64,000 nt of DNA from an uncultured Candidatus Rokubacteria bacterium (GTDB taxonomy: Bacteria; Methylomirabilota; Methylomirabilia; Rokubacteriales; CSP1-6). Shown here in pieces: positions 18,850-28,296 of this stretch. How positions within the stretch are numbered: the first letter of the stretch is position 1; each line of letters opens with the position of its first letter. The notes beneath the pieces are model-generated. The model searched no databases. It saw only the letters and a program-made list of their open reading frames with translations, and was not told the origin of the DNA. A program made the position numbers and the translations under genes. The stretch covers positions 160,001 to 224,000 of the forward strand of contig CAVWFS010000018.1 in NCBI GenBank assembly GCA_963754315.1, given 5' to 3'.

Positions 18850-19634
18850 CCGCCGCGCTCGCTCGGTTCGTCCGGCTTGTCGCCTACCGCCCCCTGGTCC
18901 GGTACCTCGTGCTCAAAGAGATCAAGGTCAAGTCGCGCGGCACGTATCTCGGTATCGCGTGGACCCTCATGAATCCGCTGATCAACATCTTGACGTACTT
19001 CATCGTGTTCCGATTCATCTTCCGCGTGGAGATTCCCAATTTCCTCGCCTACTTCCTGGTGGGGTTTCTCATGTGGGTCTTCTTCTCGCGCTCGGCCAGC
19101 GCAGCTGCCACTTGCATCATCGTCAACGAGAGCATTGTCAAGCGGGCGACCTTTCCCCTGGAAACCGTCCCCCTGGCCACGGTCCTCTACGAGCTCTTTC
19201 ATCATGTGGTTGCCCTCTGCCTGGCCGTGCCCCTCATGCTGGCGTTCTGGGGGGCCCAGGTCTCCTGGAACCTCCTGTGGGTGGGCCCCGTCCTGCTCGC
19301 GTTCGTGTGCTTCACCTTCGCCGTGGCGTTGTCGCTGGCCACCTTCGGCGTCTTCTTCCGGGACACCCGCGACATCCTGGAAGTGGGGCTGCCCATCCTC
19401 TTCTGGACAGCTCCCATCTTCTATGCAGTGGAGATGCTGCCCCCTCCACTGCGGGTTCTCGCGATGGCGAATCCTGTCTCGGCCTTCATCGTGGCAGCCC
19501 GAACACCGCTCCTGGAAGCCTCGGCGCCGGCGCTGGCCGATCTGGCCGCTCTAGCGGGCTGGCTGGTGGCGATGGTGGCCTGCGGAGCCTTCCTGTTTTC
19601 GAAGTACAGTCCCCGCTTCGCCGAGGAGCTCTGA
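18846..19634 (+). CDS. wzm: ABC-2 polysaccharide export permease (Wzm/RfbA-like); start uncertain (CTG 18846 or GTG 18909)
   Basis: YRPLVRYLVLKEIKVKSRGTYLGIAWTLMNPL, FFRDTRDI, PIFY, NPVS, RFAEEL. Confidence 0.82.
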   Translation: MTAALARFVRLVAYRPLVRYLVLKEIKVKSRGTYLGIAWTLMNPLINILTYFIVFRFIFRVEIPNFLAYFLVGFLMWVFFSRSASAAATCIIVNESIVKRATFPLETVPLATVLYELFHHVVALCLAVPLMLAFWGAQVSWNLLWVGPVLLAFVCFTFAVALSLATFGVFFRDTRDILEVGLPILFWTAPIFYAVEMLPPPLRVLAMANPVSAFIVAARTPLLEASAPALADLAALAGWLVAMVACGAFLFSKYSPRFAEEL

Positions 19635-20381
19635 TTGCCTCCCGCCGTCGAGTGCCGCGGGGTCAGCAAGATGTTCCAGTTGAGGACGCGCTGGCCCCTC
19701 TTTAAAGACCGCATCCTGGCCACGGTGCGCCCGCACCTGCGCGAATCGCGCCAGCAGTTCTGGGCCCTGCGCGACGTCGATCTGGTGGTTGAACCGGGAG
19801 AAGCCCTTGGCCTCATTGGGCCCAACGGTGCCGGCAAGACGACCCTGTGCCGGATCATTGCCGGTATCTTCCCACCCACGGCGGGCACCGTGCACGTGCG
19901 GGGCCGCATGGCGTCGCTGCTGGCGCTCGGCACGGGATTTCACGAGGAGCTGACCGGGCGCGAGAACATCTACCTGGCGGCGGCGCTGCTGGGGTTCAGC
20001 ACGCGGCAGATCCGGAGCGTGGAAGAAGCCATCATCGAGTTTTCCGAGCTCGGCCAGTTCATCGACACCCCGACCAAGACCTACTCGGCCGGCATGCAGA
20101 TGCGCCTCGGATTCTCTATCGTCGCTCAGCTCACCCCGGACGTCTTCCTGCTCGACGAGATTCTCGCCGTGGGCGACGAGCACTTTCAACGCAAGTGCTA
20201 CGCCTACCTCGAACGCCAGCGCGCCGCCGGGCGGACCTTCGTCGTTTGCACCCACAATCTGGGCTTCGTCGAGGAGATGTGCGATCGCGCGGCGCTCCTC
20301 GTCGCCGGCCGACTGACGGCCGTCGGTGCTCCCCGGGATATCACCAAGCGCTACCACGACCTGATCGCGGGCGGGTCGTGA
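19635..20381 (+). CDS. wzt: ABC polysaccharide export ATPase (Wzt/RfbB-like), no C-terminal carbohydrate-binding domain
   Basis: FWALRDV, GPNGAGKTT, ELTGRENI, YSAGMQMRLGFS, LLDEILAVGDEHFQRKC. Confidence 0.88.
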   Translation: MPPAVECRGVSKMFQLRTRWPLFKDRILATVRPHLRESRQQFWALRDVDLVVEPGEALGLIGPNGAGKTTLCRIIAGIFPPTAGTVHVRGRMASLLALGTGFHEELTGRENIYLAAALLGFSTRQIRSVEEAIIEFSELGQFIDTPTKTYSAGMQMRLGFSIVAQLTPDVFLLDEILAVGDEHFQRKCYAYLERQRAAGRTFVVCTHNLGFVEEMCDRAALLVAGRLTAVGAPRDITKRYHDLIAGGS

Positions 20382-20412
20382 GTCTTTCTCAAGAGAAGCT
20401 CGTCTCGCTCGG

Positions 20413-20931
20413 CTAAGGCCAGGATCCTTGTCTCCCTGACCGCCTCACCATCGCCGCCAGGGCAAGGAGGGCTCCGAACGCTCCCAGGGCGGCGGCCAGA
20501 GGGGCGGCCACGAGTGGCAGGACCGTTCCGACGAGGCCGGTCATCGCCAGAACGAACACGGTGGCGGCCAGAGTGGCGCCTCCCACGGTCAGCCAGCGCC
20601 GGAGATGGGCGAGGCGGACAGCGCGATCGACGGCGGATGATCCCACGCGCCGGGCAAAATCCACTGTCTGGAGCAGCAGGAGCAGGGCGAGACCGAAGCC
20701 CGCAGCCCTGACGAAGTCGACGGGCGCGGCCGACACCGACAGCGCCGACGCATATTCCACGAGAAAGGCACAGGCGGCGGTTGTGACCGCCCATCGCCAG
20801 CGGACCGCGATTCCCACGAGAGCCAGGACAACCGCCACGAGCCCAATCACCGCTACGAACGAGAGCGGGGCGGAGAGGAGGGGCAGGACGAACAGCACGC
20901 TCGCGACGACTACGGCCAACCCACGCATCAT
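20413..20931 (-). CDS. Hypothetical integral membrane protein, last gene of MoxR operon
   Basis: Multiple hydrophobic segments. ATGA overlap with the DUF58 stop. Confidence 0.7.
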   Translation of the reverse strand: MMRGLAVVVASVLFVLPLLSAPLSFVAVIGLVAVVLALVGIAVRWRWAVTTAACAFLVEYASALSVSAAPVDFVRAAGFGLALLLLLQTVDFARRVGSSAVDRAVRLAHLRRWLTVGGATLAATVFVLAMTGLVGTVLPLVAAPLAAALGAFGALLALAAMVRRSGRQGSWP

Positions 20932-22205
20932 CCGACGGCCACCACACGCGGCCGTCGGCGTCCGGCAGCGGCCAGGGCCAGCTCCAAGGGGTGTGGTGGG
21001 TGCCACTCGAGGACCGGAAGTCCGCGACGACGCAGATCATCGAGCTGAGCCCTGCGCTCCAAGGCCCATAGCCGGCAGGCCAGGTCCGTGCGCGCCGAAG
21101 GCGGGAGCGAGGCGCGCGTCACCTCGACCGGCGACACAACGAGAGTGACCAGATCGAAGCCGCGGCCGGCGAGGTCGACGATCGCTCGCGTGAAACGACG
21201 GTCGAGCAAGGAGGTGAGAGCGATCACGAGCGCGTTCGGAGGGAGGACCCGCGGTGGCACCAAGGCAAGATCCTTAGCCACGTAGGTGAAGACAACGGAG
21301 GCCCCGAGCAAGGCGTCGGCGAGGCGTTCATACTGGACCTGTCCGGAACCTGGTCTAACCCAGTGAATGAGCCCGCCATAGTTGATAAGGCCGACCCGAT
21401 CCTTGCGGGCGAGATAGGCGGCGGCCAGCGAGGCCGCAGCCCGCACGGCAAGATCGAGGGACGTGGCAGGAGGCCGGCCAACCTCGGCCAGGGTATCGAG
21501 CATGAGCACGACGTCGGCGTTACGCTCCCGGTGGTGCTGGGTCACGTACAGCCTGCCCAGACGGAGCGACGCGCGCCAGTTGACCTGCTTGATGCGGTCA
21601 CCAGGGGCGAATTCGCGAATATCACCGGGCTCGATGCCCTCACCCAGCTCACGGGACACGTGGTCGCCGATCGAGGTCTGCGTCCGGCGGGGGCGAGGGA
21701 GGGTCCGCAAGGGCAGTATCCTCGGGTAGACCCGCACGCGGTGCGGCTCGCTGTGCGACCGCTCCCAGGCTCGAAGGCCAAGACCGTCCCAGGTGCGGAC
21801 GAAACAGGTGCCGAGCTCGAACCGGCCCCGCGCTGTGCAACGAACCTCATGGCTCCACTGCGCCGTTTCACCAGCCCGGAGGGCGAATACGGACCGGTTC
21901 CGTGCGGGCACCAAGGAAGATTCTGGGGCAAGCGGCTCGACCAGCTCCATCAAGGGGATCGAGGAGCGGGCGGTCACGGCCACCGTCACGGTCACACTGT
22001 TGCCCTCGAAGACACGGTCCCCCGAGATCGTGTGGGTCAGGGCATAGCTGGGAGCCGAGGGGCGCAGGCCGAGGGCGGCCAAGGTGATGAGCAGGGGCAG
22101 GGCGACCACGAACAGCTCCGGTCGCGCGGCGAAGACGGCAAGCGAGAGCGCCCAGGCGGCGACGGTGAGGATGGACAAGCTGAGCGGCGCCACGCGCTCG
22201 ATCAT
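20928..22205 (-). CDS. DUF58 domain protein
   Basis: RGRFELG, VRVYPR, IREFAPGDRIKQVNWRASLR, VLMLD, KDRVGL. Confidence 0.9.
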   Translation of the reverse strand: MIERVAPLSLSILTVAAWALSLAVFAARPELFVVALPLLITLAALGLRPSAPSYALTHTISGDRVFEGNSVTVTVAVTARSSIPLMELVEPLAPESSLVPARNRSVFALRAGETAQWSHEVRCTARGRFELGTCFVRTWDGLGLRAWERSHSEPHRVRVYPRILPLRTLPRPRRTQTSIGDHVSRELGEGIEPGDIREFAPGDRIKQVNWRASLRLGRLYVTQHHRERNADVVLMLDTLAEVGRPPATSLDLAVRAAASLAAAYLARKDRVGLINYGGLIHWVRPGSGQVQYERLADALLGASVVFTYVAKDLALVPPRVLPPNALVIALTSLLDRRFTRAIVDLAGRGFDLVTLVVSPVEVTRASLPPSARTDLACRLWALERRAQLDDLRRRGLPVLEWHPPHPLELALAAAGRRRPRVVAVG

Positions 22206-23158
22206 CGTGCGTCTACGCTGGGTGTCGCCACCTGGCCGAGCAGGTCAGTCACCACCTGGGTTGCCGAAACTCGTGAGGCCCACAGCTCGGGCTTCAGAAT
22301 GAGCCGGTGAGCGAGCGCGGGTACGCTCATGGCCTTGACGTCGTCCGGGAGCACGAAGTCCCGGCGGCGCAGGGCGGCTAGTGCTCGCGACAGCTTGAGC
22401 AGGGCGAGGGTCCCACGGGGTGAGGCCCCGAGAGCCACCCTGAGATCGGCTCGCGTGGCCTGGACCAAATCCACGATGTAGCGTTCGATCACCGCGGCCA
22501 CGTGGATGTCCTCCAGGCTGGCTTGCATGGCCAGGAGCTCCGGGCGCGAGGTGACGGCGGGGACGGCGACCGCGTCCTCGCGACGCTGGCGCCGACGGGC
22601 CAGGATCTCGACTTCATCGGACGCGTCGGGATAGCCCACGGCGAGCCGCATCATAAAGCGATCCAGCTGCGCTTCCGGCAACGGATAGGTGCCTTCCAGC
22701 TCGATAGGGTTCTGGGTGGCGATCACCAGAAACGGAGCCTCGAGGGCGAAGCGCTCGCCTTCGATCGTGACTTGCGACTCTTGCATGGCTTCCAGGAGCG
22801 CGCTCTGTGTCTTGGGAGTAGCCCGGTTGATCTCGTCGGCGAGAAGCAGGTTCGTGAAGATCGGGCCCCGGCGAAACTCGAACCGGCTCTCGCGCTGGTC
22901 GAAGAGGAAGCTGCCCGTGATGTCGCTCGGCAGCAGGTCGGGCGTGAACTGGATGCGCTTGAAGCCGAGATCGAGGGTCTGGGCGACGAGCCGGGCGATG
23001 AGCGTCTTGGCCAGCCCCGGATAGTCCTCGATGAGGATGTGCCCGTTGGCGAGCACACCGGCCAGCATCCGCTCGAGGACATCCGTCTTGCCGACGACGA
23101 CCTGAGATAGGGTCGCGAGGATCTCCTGACAGCGGTCGGCGACGACGTCGATCTTCAC
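22202..23158 (-). CDS. moxR: MoxR-family AAA+ ATPase
   Basis: EDYPGLAKT, RIQFTPDLLPSDITG, LADEINRATPKTQSALLEAM, ATQNPIE, LPEAQLDRF. Confidence 0.95.
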   Translation of the reverse strand: MKIDVVADRCQEILATLSQVVVGKTDVLERMLAGVLANGHILIEDYPGLAKTLIARLVAQTLDLGFKRIQFTPDLLPSDITGSFLFDQRESRFEFRRGPIFTNLLLADEINRATPKTQSALLEAMQESQVTIEGERFALEAPFLVIATQNPIELEGTYPLPEAQLDRFMMRLAVGYPDASDEVEILARRRQRREDAVAVPAVTSRPELLAMQASLEDIHVAAVIERYIVDLVQATRADLRVALGASPRGTLALLKLSRALAALRRRDFVLPDDVKAMSVPALAHRLILKPELWASRVSATQVVTDLLGQVATPSVDAR

Positions 23159-23616
23159 GGACGCCTCTCGATCTCAGCGATCAGACGCTCGATCATGGCT
23201 CGCGAAGGGCCGAGACGTGAGAGCCAAGGTCGCCGGGGCGGCAAAGGTAGCGGTCGTCCAGCCAGTGCCAGCAGCCGAGGCCACAGCACTGCGTCGAAGT
23301 AGCGTCGGCTCCGGACACTGTAGGTCAGCTCGTCACGACGCCTCATGAAGACCTCATCCAGGATGGCGGGGGGAGGCGCGACCAGCAGTGCGTCGTACGG
23401 CGACGTGGGATGGACAGTCACCGCGCGGCGCACGCTGCGCACGAGCCGGAAGCTCCCCATGGTCACCGCCAGGGCGCAGGCCAGGCGGACGAACAACGAA
23501 CGCCATCCGGCATCCACGGCGAGATAGATCGGGATAGCCGCCAGAGCGAGCAGGCCGAGAGGGATACCGTAGCCTGCCAGGCGCAGCGACCGCGGATGCT
23601 CAGCCGGCGACGACAT
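23155..23616 (-). CDS. Hypothetical membrane protein in MoxR operon
   Basis: Two N-terminal TM segments. GTGA overlap with moxR. Confidence 0.65.
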   Translation of the reverse strand: MSSPAEHPRSLRLAGYGIPLGLLALAAIPIYLAVDAGWRSLFVRLACALAVTMGSFRLVRSVRRAVTVHPTSPYDALLVAPPPAILDEVFMRRRDELTYSVRSRRYFDAVLWPRLLALAGRPLPLPPRRPWLSRLGPSRAMIERLIAEIERRP

Positions 23617-24526
23617 CGGCCGGCCGTGTCTCGAGCGCGGTCCTAATCGAGAGTAATGCCTCGATGGCCACATCGCGCTCTCGTGGCCCCAAAGCATGAT
23701 GGCTGAAACGAGCAAGCTCGAAGAGGCCGGTCAGTGTGCGGACTGCCGCGGGCGGCGCCGGCAGCCCCCTCAGCGCCTCCCCCATGAATTCCATCGGCGT
23801 CCACCAGGGTCTTCGGGCGAGACGGGAGTCGGCGGCCACGTGTTCGAACTTCCGGTAGCAGCCGATGATCGCGCGGCGCGCATCGGGATCGGCGCGCAGG
23901 TCATCGAGGCTCTCCTCGACGATCTCGGCCAGGGGGGCCACGCGCTCGTCGTCGGGGGCGTGATCACCGCTCCACCATGCCGGCCGGCCGCCGAAAACAA
24001 CCACGAGGACGACGACAAGAGCGCCCAATGCGATGCCGAGCGCCACCAGCCCGAACGTCCAGTTGAGGAACGGGGGAGCACTCAGCGGGGCCGGCTTGGA
24101 CAGAGCGGAGCCGATAGCGTCCACCGAACCATGACCGAGCGTCAGGATGTTTTCAATTGGAATGAGGCCGTGCCACAGCAGATAGACGCCAGTCGCGAGG
24201 TACAGAAGCGGAAGAATCCGCATGATGGCCCGGACCCAGGGGGGAAGGGGGGGGCCAGCCGCCAGGCGCTGAAACAGCTCGTCCTCCTCCTTCGGCCGAC
24301 GCAGGGCGCGGCGGATGGCGTGGGCGAAGAGCACGAGGGCCGTGAGGCTGAACACTGTCATGATGGCGATCGACAAGGGCTCGGGCAGGCGAATGACCCT
24401 CGTCGCGGCATCCAGGGCATCGGACGTGGGGCCGCCCAGCCGGACGAGCGCCGCCAGGCCTATCACAAAGCTCACCGCGGCCAGACTCATCCAGCCGACA
24501 GCCGACGATTCCGAACGTTCGGTCAC
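23600..24526 (-). CDS. DUF4129 domain membrane protein
   Basis: TM helices, then DARRAIIGCY...TPMEF...LTGLFELARFSHH. Confidence 0.82.
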   Translation of the reverse strand: MTERSESSAVGWMSLAAVSFVIGLAALVRLGGPTSDALDAATRVIRLPEPLSIAIMTVFSLTALVLFAHAIRRALRRPKEEDELFQRLAAGPPLPPWVRAIMRILPLLYLATGVYLLWHGLIPIENILTLGHGSVDAIGSALSKPAPLSAPPFLNWTFGLVALGIALGALVVVLVVVFGGRPAWWSGDHAPDDERVAPLAEIVEESLDDLRADPDARRAIIGCYRKFEHVAADSRLARRPWWTPMEFMGEALRGLPAPPAAVRTLTGLFELARFSHHALGPRERDVAIEALLSIRTALETRPADVVAG

Positions 24527-24529
24527 CGG

Positions 24530-25072
24530 TTACTCCCGCGACGGTCGCTCCGGAACGGGGGGACGCTCCGGCTGGACAAGGCCGCAGGCCCGGCACGTGC
24601 GGAGCTCCAGCGCTCCGTCAAACGCTTCGATGGCTGCCTTCAGCTCCCGCTCGATGTCGGCCACATGCATGGTGACCTTGTGAAGTTGCGCGTCACAGCG
24701 GTCACAGAACCAGAGCAGCGACTCGACCTGCTCGGGCTTTCGTTTGACCTCGACCACCAGACCCCAGGTGTCGGGTGGGCGGTGAGGAGAGTGTGGGGTG
24801 AAGGCGGGGACGAGCAGGAGGCCGCCTTCACGCACGACTTGTTTACGCCGCCGACCCTCCTCAATGAATTCGACCACCATGTCCCCCTTGAGCATGTAGA
24901 AGATCTCGTCGGACGGATCCACGTGGAAATCCCGCCGGGCGTTGGGGCCGCGAACGATCATCGCGGTGAACTGGGAGTCTTCCCAGATGACCTTGTTCCC
25001 TACCGGCGGTTCGAAGGCGAGCCGGTTCCTCTCGACCCATTCCCACAGATCGAAAGCGATCAATGACCGCAT
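24530..25072 (-). CDS. nbaC: 3-hydroxyanthranilate 3,4-dioxygenase
   Basis: PPVGNK, GPNARRDFHVDPSDEIFYMLKG, PHSP, WFCDRC and RTCRACG rubredoxin-like site. Confidence 0.92.
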   Translation of the reverse strand: MRSLIAFDLWEWVERNRLAFEPPVGNKVIWEDSQFTAMIVRGPNARRDFHVDPSDEIFYMLKGDMVVEFIEEGRRRKQVVREGGLLLVPAFTPHSPHRPPDTWGLVVEVKRKPEQVESLLWFCDRCDAQLHKVTMHVADIERELKAAIEAFDGALELRTCRACGLVQPERPPVPERPSRE

Positions 25073-25156
25073 GACGCTGGTCTCCTTCTCGAGCCTTCTA
25101 CCCTAGTGGGGTCCCCTTCGACTGAGCAAGTACAATAGCGCAGGGAGACTTGTCCG

Positions 25157-26359
25157 ATGGCGACCACCGACGTTCTCTTCAACCCGTTCCTTCCCGAGTT
25201 TCACGCCGATCCGTACCCGGCCTATCGTCACTTGCGGGAGCTCGATCCGGTGCACCAGACGCCGCTTGGGCTGTGGATCCTCACCCGCTACGACGACGTA
25301 CTCATGTCCTTGCGGGACGCCCGCTTCGGGCGGGAGGGGTTCGCGCCCTTGCTGGAGGCGGCCTACGGTTCCCCCGGGGAGGCCGGCACCCTGCCCCGGT
25401 CCATGCTCTTTCAGGATCCACCCGATCATACCCGGCTACGCAGTCTGGTGAGCAAGGCGTTCACCCCGCGCGTGATTGAGGGTATGCGCGCCCATATCCA
25501 GGAGATTGTCGATCGGCTCCTCGACCGCGTGAAGGGCAAGGGGGGCATGGATGTCATCGAAGACCTTGCCTATCCGCTCCCGGTGACGGTTATCTGCGAA
25601 ATGCTGGGTGTACCCGTCAAAGATCACCCTGCCATTCGTCAGTGGTCGGCCGACGTGGCGCGAAGCCTCGACGCCCTCGGGCTGGGCGCCTCCGACGAGG
25701 TCGTCGAGCGTGGCCGGGCCGGGCGCCGGGCTCTGGGAGATTACTTCCGTCGACTCGTACCCGAGCGACGGCGCCACTTGGAGAACGACCTTCTCAGCGG
25801 GTTGATCGCTGCCGAGGAGCAAGGTGACAAGCTCAGCGAGGGCGAGCTGATTTCCACCTGTATCCTTCTGTTCATTGCGGGTCACGAGACGACGGTGAAT
25901 CTGATCGGGAACGGCATGCTGGCGCTCCTTCGCCATCCTGACCAGCTCCGACTCCTCCGGGAAGAGCCGGCTCTCATCACGAGCGCGATCGAAGAGCTAC
26001 TGCGCTACGACAGCCCCGTCCAGCGGACCGCCCGCGTCTGTAGTGAACGGGTCGAGGTGGGTGGCCGGACGATCGACAAGGGAGCCATGGTGGTCGCGGC
26101 CATCGGCGCCGCCAACCGAGACCCGGCCCATTTCTCCGATCCCGATCGCCTCGACATTATGCGGCGGGACAATCGGCACGTCTCCTTTGGCTTTGGCATC
26201 CATTTCTGTCTTGGAGCGCCTCTCGCCCGCGTCGAGGGGCAAGTCGCCATCGGCACTCTCCTGCGGCGACATCCGCGGCTCGCGCTCGCCACTGCCACCC
26301 CCGAGTGGCGAGAGTCGTCGACGCTCAGGGGCCTGAAGACCTTACCGCTCTCGTTCTGA
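25157..26359 (+). CDS. Cytochrome P450
   Basis: DPPDHTRLR, AGHETT, EELLRY, FGFGIHFCLG heme motif. Confidence 0.96.
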   Translation: MATTDVLFNPFLPEFHADPYPAYRHLRELDPVHQTPLGLWILTRYDDVLMSLRDARFGREGFAPLLEAAYGSPGEAGTLPRSMLFQDPPDHTRLRSLVSKAFTPRVIEGMRAHIQEIVDRLLDRVKGKGGMDVIEDLAYPLPVTVICEMLGVPVKDHPAIRQWSADVARSLDALGLGASDEVVERGRAGRRALGDYFRRLVPERRRHLENDLLSGLIAAEEQGDKLSEGELISTCILLFIAGHETTVNLIGNGMLALLRHPDQLRLLREEPALITSAIEELLRYDSPVQRTARVCSERVEVGGRTIDKGAMVVAAIGAANRDPAHFSDPDRLDIMRRDNRHVSFGFGIHFCLGAPLARVEGQVAIGTLLRRHPRLALATATPEWRESSTLRGLKTLPLSF

Positions 26360-27049
26360 CGGCGTCGCCGGCGGGGATTCAGGGAGCCGGAGAGGAGACG
26401 TCTCCGAGTCTGAATCCGGGCGCCACAGCTCTGGGTGTCGTCTGAACACTCGGAGGGGGTACCAGAACGACCAGCTCATGAGGGCAAGCGTCAGTGGAAT
26501 GCCCGTGAGCACGCTGACGAGGATGAACAGTTCGACGCTGCTCCACGCCAGGACCAGTAGTCTGACGATACCCCGGACCAGCATGTAGCCGCCCCAGACA
26601 AGGGACACTCGCGAGAAGATCCGACGGAACGTCACCGACTCTTTCACGCGCGGCGGGAACGGGAAGGTCTCCTGAGCGAGGACTCCCGCCAGCGGTCGCC
26701 CGAGGGCGACCGACCCGAGGAAAGCGACTCCGTACAGCCCGTTGGCGATCACGGCCGGCGCGAAGTAGGCGCCGACGCTGCCGGACGCCAGTCCCGCCAG
26801 GGCCTGGACGAGGGCGATGCCGAGGCCGAGGGCAGGCATGATACCTGACGCCGCACGTCGCCGCTCCCACCAGAATGCCACGAGGGCGACGAGGGTCGCG
26901 GCTAGGATTCCGGCGGCGAGACCTGCGAACCTCCAGACGATGTAGAAGGCGAGCACGGGGCCAAGAGCATCGCGGGCGAAGCGCGGCCCGGCACCAAGAA
27001 GCAGCCCGCCGAACGAGATGCGTCCGAACGCCTGAGGTGGACTAGCCAT
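26342..27049 (-). CDS. DUF3159/VC0807-like integral membrane protein
   Basis: About six TM segments. GSVALGRPLAG...FRRIFSRVSLVWG motif. Confidence 0.65.
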   Translation of the reverse strand: MASPPQAFGRISFGGLLLGAGPRFARDALGPVLAFYIVWRFAGLAAGILAATLVALVAFWWERRRAASGIMPALGLGIALVQALAGLASGSVGAYFAPAVIANGLYGVAFLGSVALGRPLAGVLAQETFPFPPRVKESVTFRRIFSRVSLVWGGYMLVRGIVRLLVLAWSSVELFILVSVLTGIPLTLALMSWSFWYPLRVFRRHPELWRPDSDSETSPLRLPESPPATPSERER

Positions 27050-27096
27050 GCTTCAGTCTCTCGCGAGACCGCGCTCGCGACTCCAGGATTTACCGC

Positions 27097-28284
27097 TCAC
27101 GCGTCGGGCCGCTGCCCCGTGATTCCCCAGATCAGACGCTCGAAGGGATCGGGATCGGTGAGCCGAAAGTCGACCCAGGTCATGGCACGGAGGAAAACAG
27201 GCAGCTTGGGGGTGGCCGGGGCGTCGGGCAGGAGCACGGGGATCACAGGGCTGTGGCGGGCCACGAACTCGCGAAGAAACGCATTGAGCTCCTGTTCTTG
27301 CCAGGGACCCACGCCGGCACCGCCCACGAAGACCGCCGCCGACTTGATGCTCGCGATGTGTTGCTCGAGGAGCGGCTGCCAGGGTTGTCCAGGGGGCAGC
27401 TCCCATTCATCCAGCCAGGGGAGAATCCCTCGCTCGTGCAGCCGATGAGCGATGGTCTTCACGGCTGGTTTGTCCATTCCGTTGTGACAGAGGAAGACGT
27501 CGAAGGTGCCGGCTGCTCGCTTGCGTTCCAGTTCCAGTCGGCAACGGGTGGCCTCCGCCTCCACGGCCAGCTCCGCGGGAGAGGGCGGAGCTACCGCTGG
27601 CGTCTGGGGCACGGCGGCAGCGGCGACCGCCGCCGGCGCCTGGTCGACGGAGAAGAGCCGACCGTCAGAAGAGTCCGCGTGCAGCGCGACTTCAATCGAG
27701 GCCCCCACGTTCTCGACGGGTGAGGGACTCTGCACGCTGGCCAGGATCTCCGCCACGCGCGATCCGACGGCGAGCCCCGCATAGAGCGCGTGGACGAGCG
27801 CGGTGGTTGCGGCCTCCGTCAGCGATTTCCGTGTCGCCACCACGACGGGAATCCCCTGCTCCGTCAAGGTGCGCGCCGCTCCTGCAAACGGATCGCCGTC
27901 CGCGCACGCCTGCAACATCACCAGACGCAGCGAGCCATGGGGTTGCAAGAGCGTGCCGAGGTACTGCACGTTCACCGAGCGGGCCCGCCGCCCCGCCCCT
28001 TCGAGCAGCAGGGTCGTGTACTGGGCTCCCGCCCGGGAACGGGCGTGCCCGATGAAGTGCAGGACATGGTATGGCCCGGCGGCGAGACGCTTACGAAGGG
28101 CAGCTTCGGTCGGCTCGGAGAGGCGCTCGAGCTTCACGAGCCCGGCGCGCTCGCAGGGCGCCAGCGCGCCCGCGAGAACCTGCCACGCACGCTCGGTATC
28201 GAGGGTGGGGCCGTCGACCGGTCCGGCGATCATGACGAGCACACGGAGCGGTGGTACCGCCGGACGGACCTCAGTCGATGACAT
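27097..28284 (-). CDS. CHAT (caspase-like) domain + C-terminal TIR domain fusion protein
   Basis: LRVLVMIAGP, YHVLHFIGH (catalytic His), LRLVMLQAC (catalytic Cys), GIPVVVA. Ala/Pro linker, then FDVFLCHN..DK, PWLDEWELPPG, GPWQEQEL (TIR Glu), VIPVLLP, LPVFL...WVDF. Confidence 0.88.
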   Translation of the reverse strand: MSSTEVRPAVPPLRVLVMIAGPVDGPTLDTERAWQVLAGALAPCERAGLVKLERLSEPTEAALRKRLAAGPYHVLHFIGHARSRAGAQYTTLLLEGAGRRARSVNVQYLGTLLQPHGSLRLVMLQACADGDPFAGAARTLTEQGIPVVVATRKSLTEAATTALVHALYAGLAVGSRVAEILASVQSPSPVENVGASIEVALHADSSDGRLFSVDQAPAAVAAAAVPQTPAVAPPSPAELAVEAEATRCRLELERKRAAGTFDVFLCHNGMDKPAVKTIAHRLHERGILPWLDEWELPPGQPWQPLLEQHIASIKSAAVFVGGAGVGPWQEQELNAFLREFVARHSPVIPVLLPDAPATPKLPVFLRAMTWVDFRLTDPDPFERLIWGITGQRPDA

Positions 28285-28296
28285 GCTCCTGGCTGG

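Noticed and set aside
20413..24526. MoxR operon as part of a MoxR-vWA ternary conflict system with the CHAT-TIR gene
   Set aside because: It is the common MoxR-proper/DUF58/DUF4129 arrangement, separated from CHAT-TIR by nbaC, P450 and a membrane gene. No vWA or effector-associated domains were seen.
23696..25066. 456-aa plus-strand ORF
   Set aside because: Antisense to DUF4129 and nbaC, with no recognisable domain.
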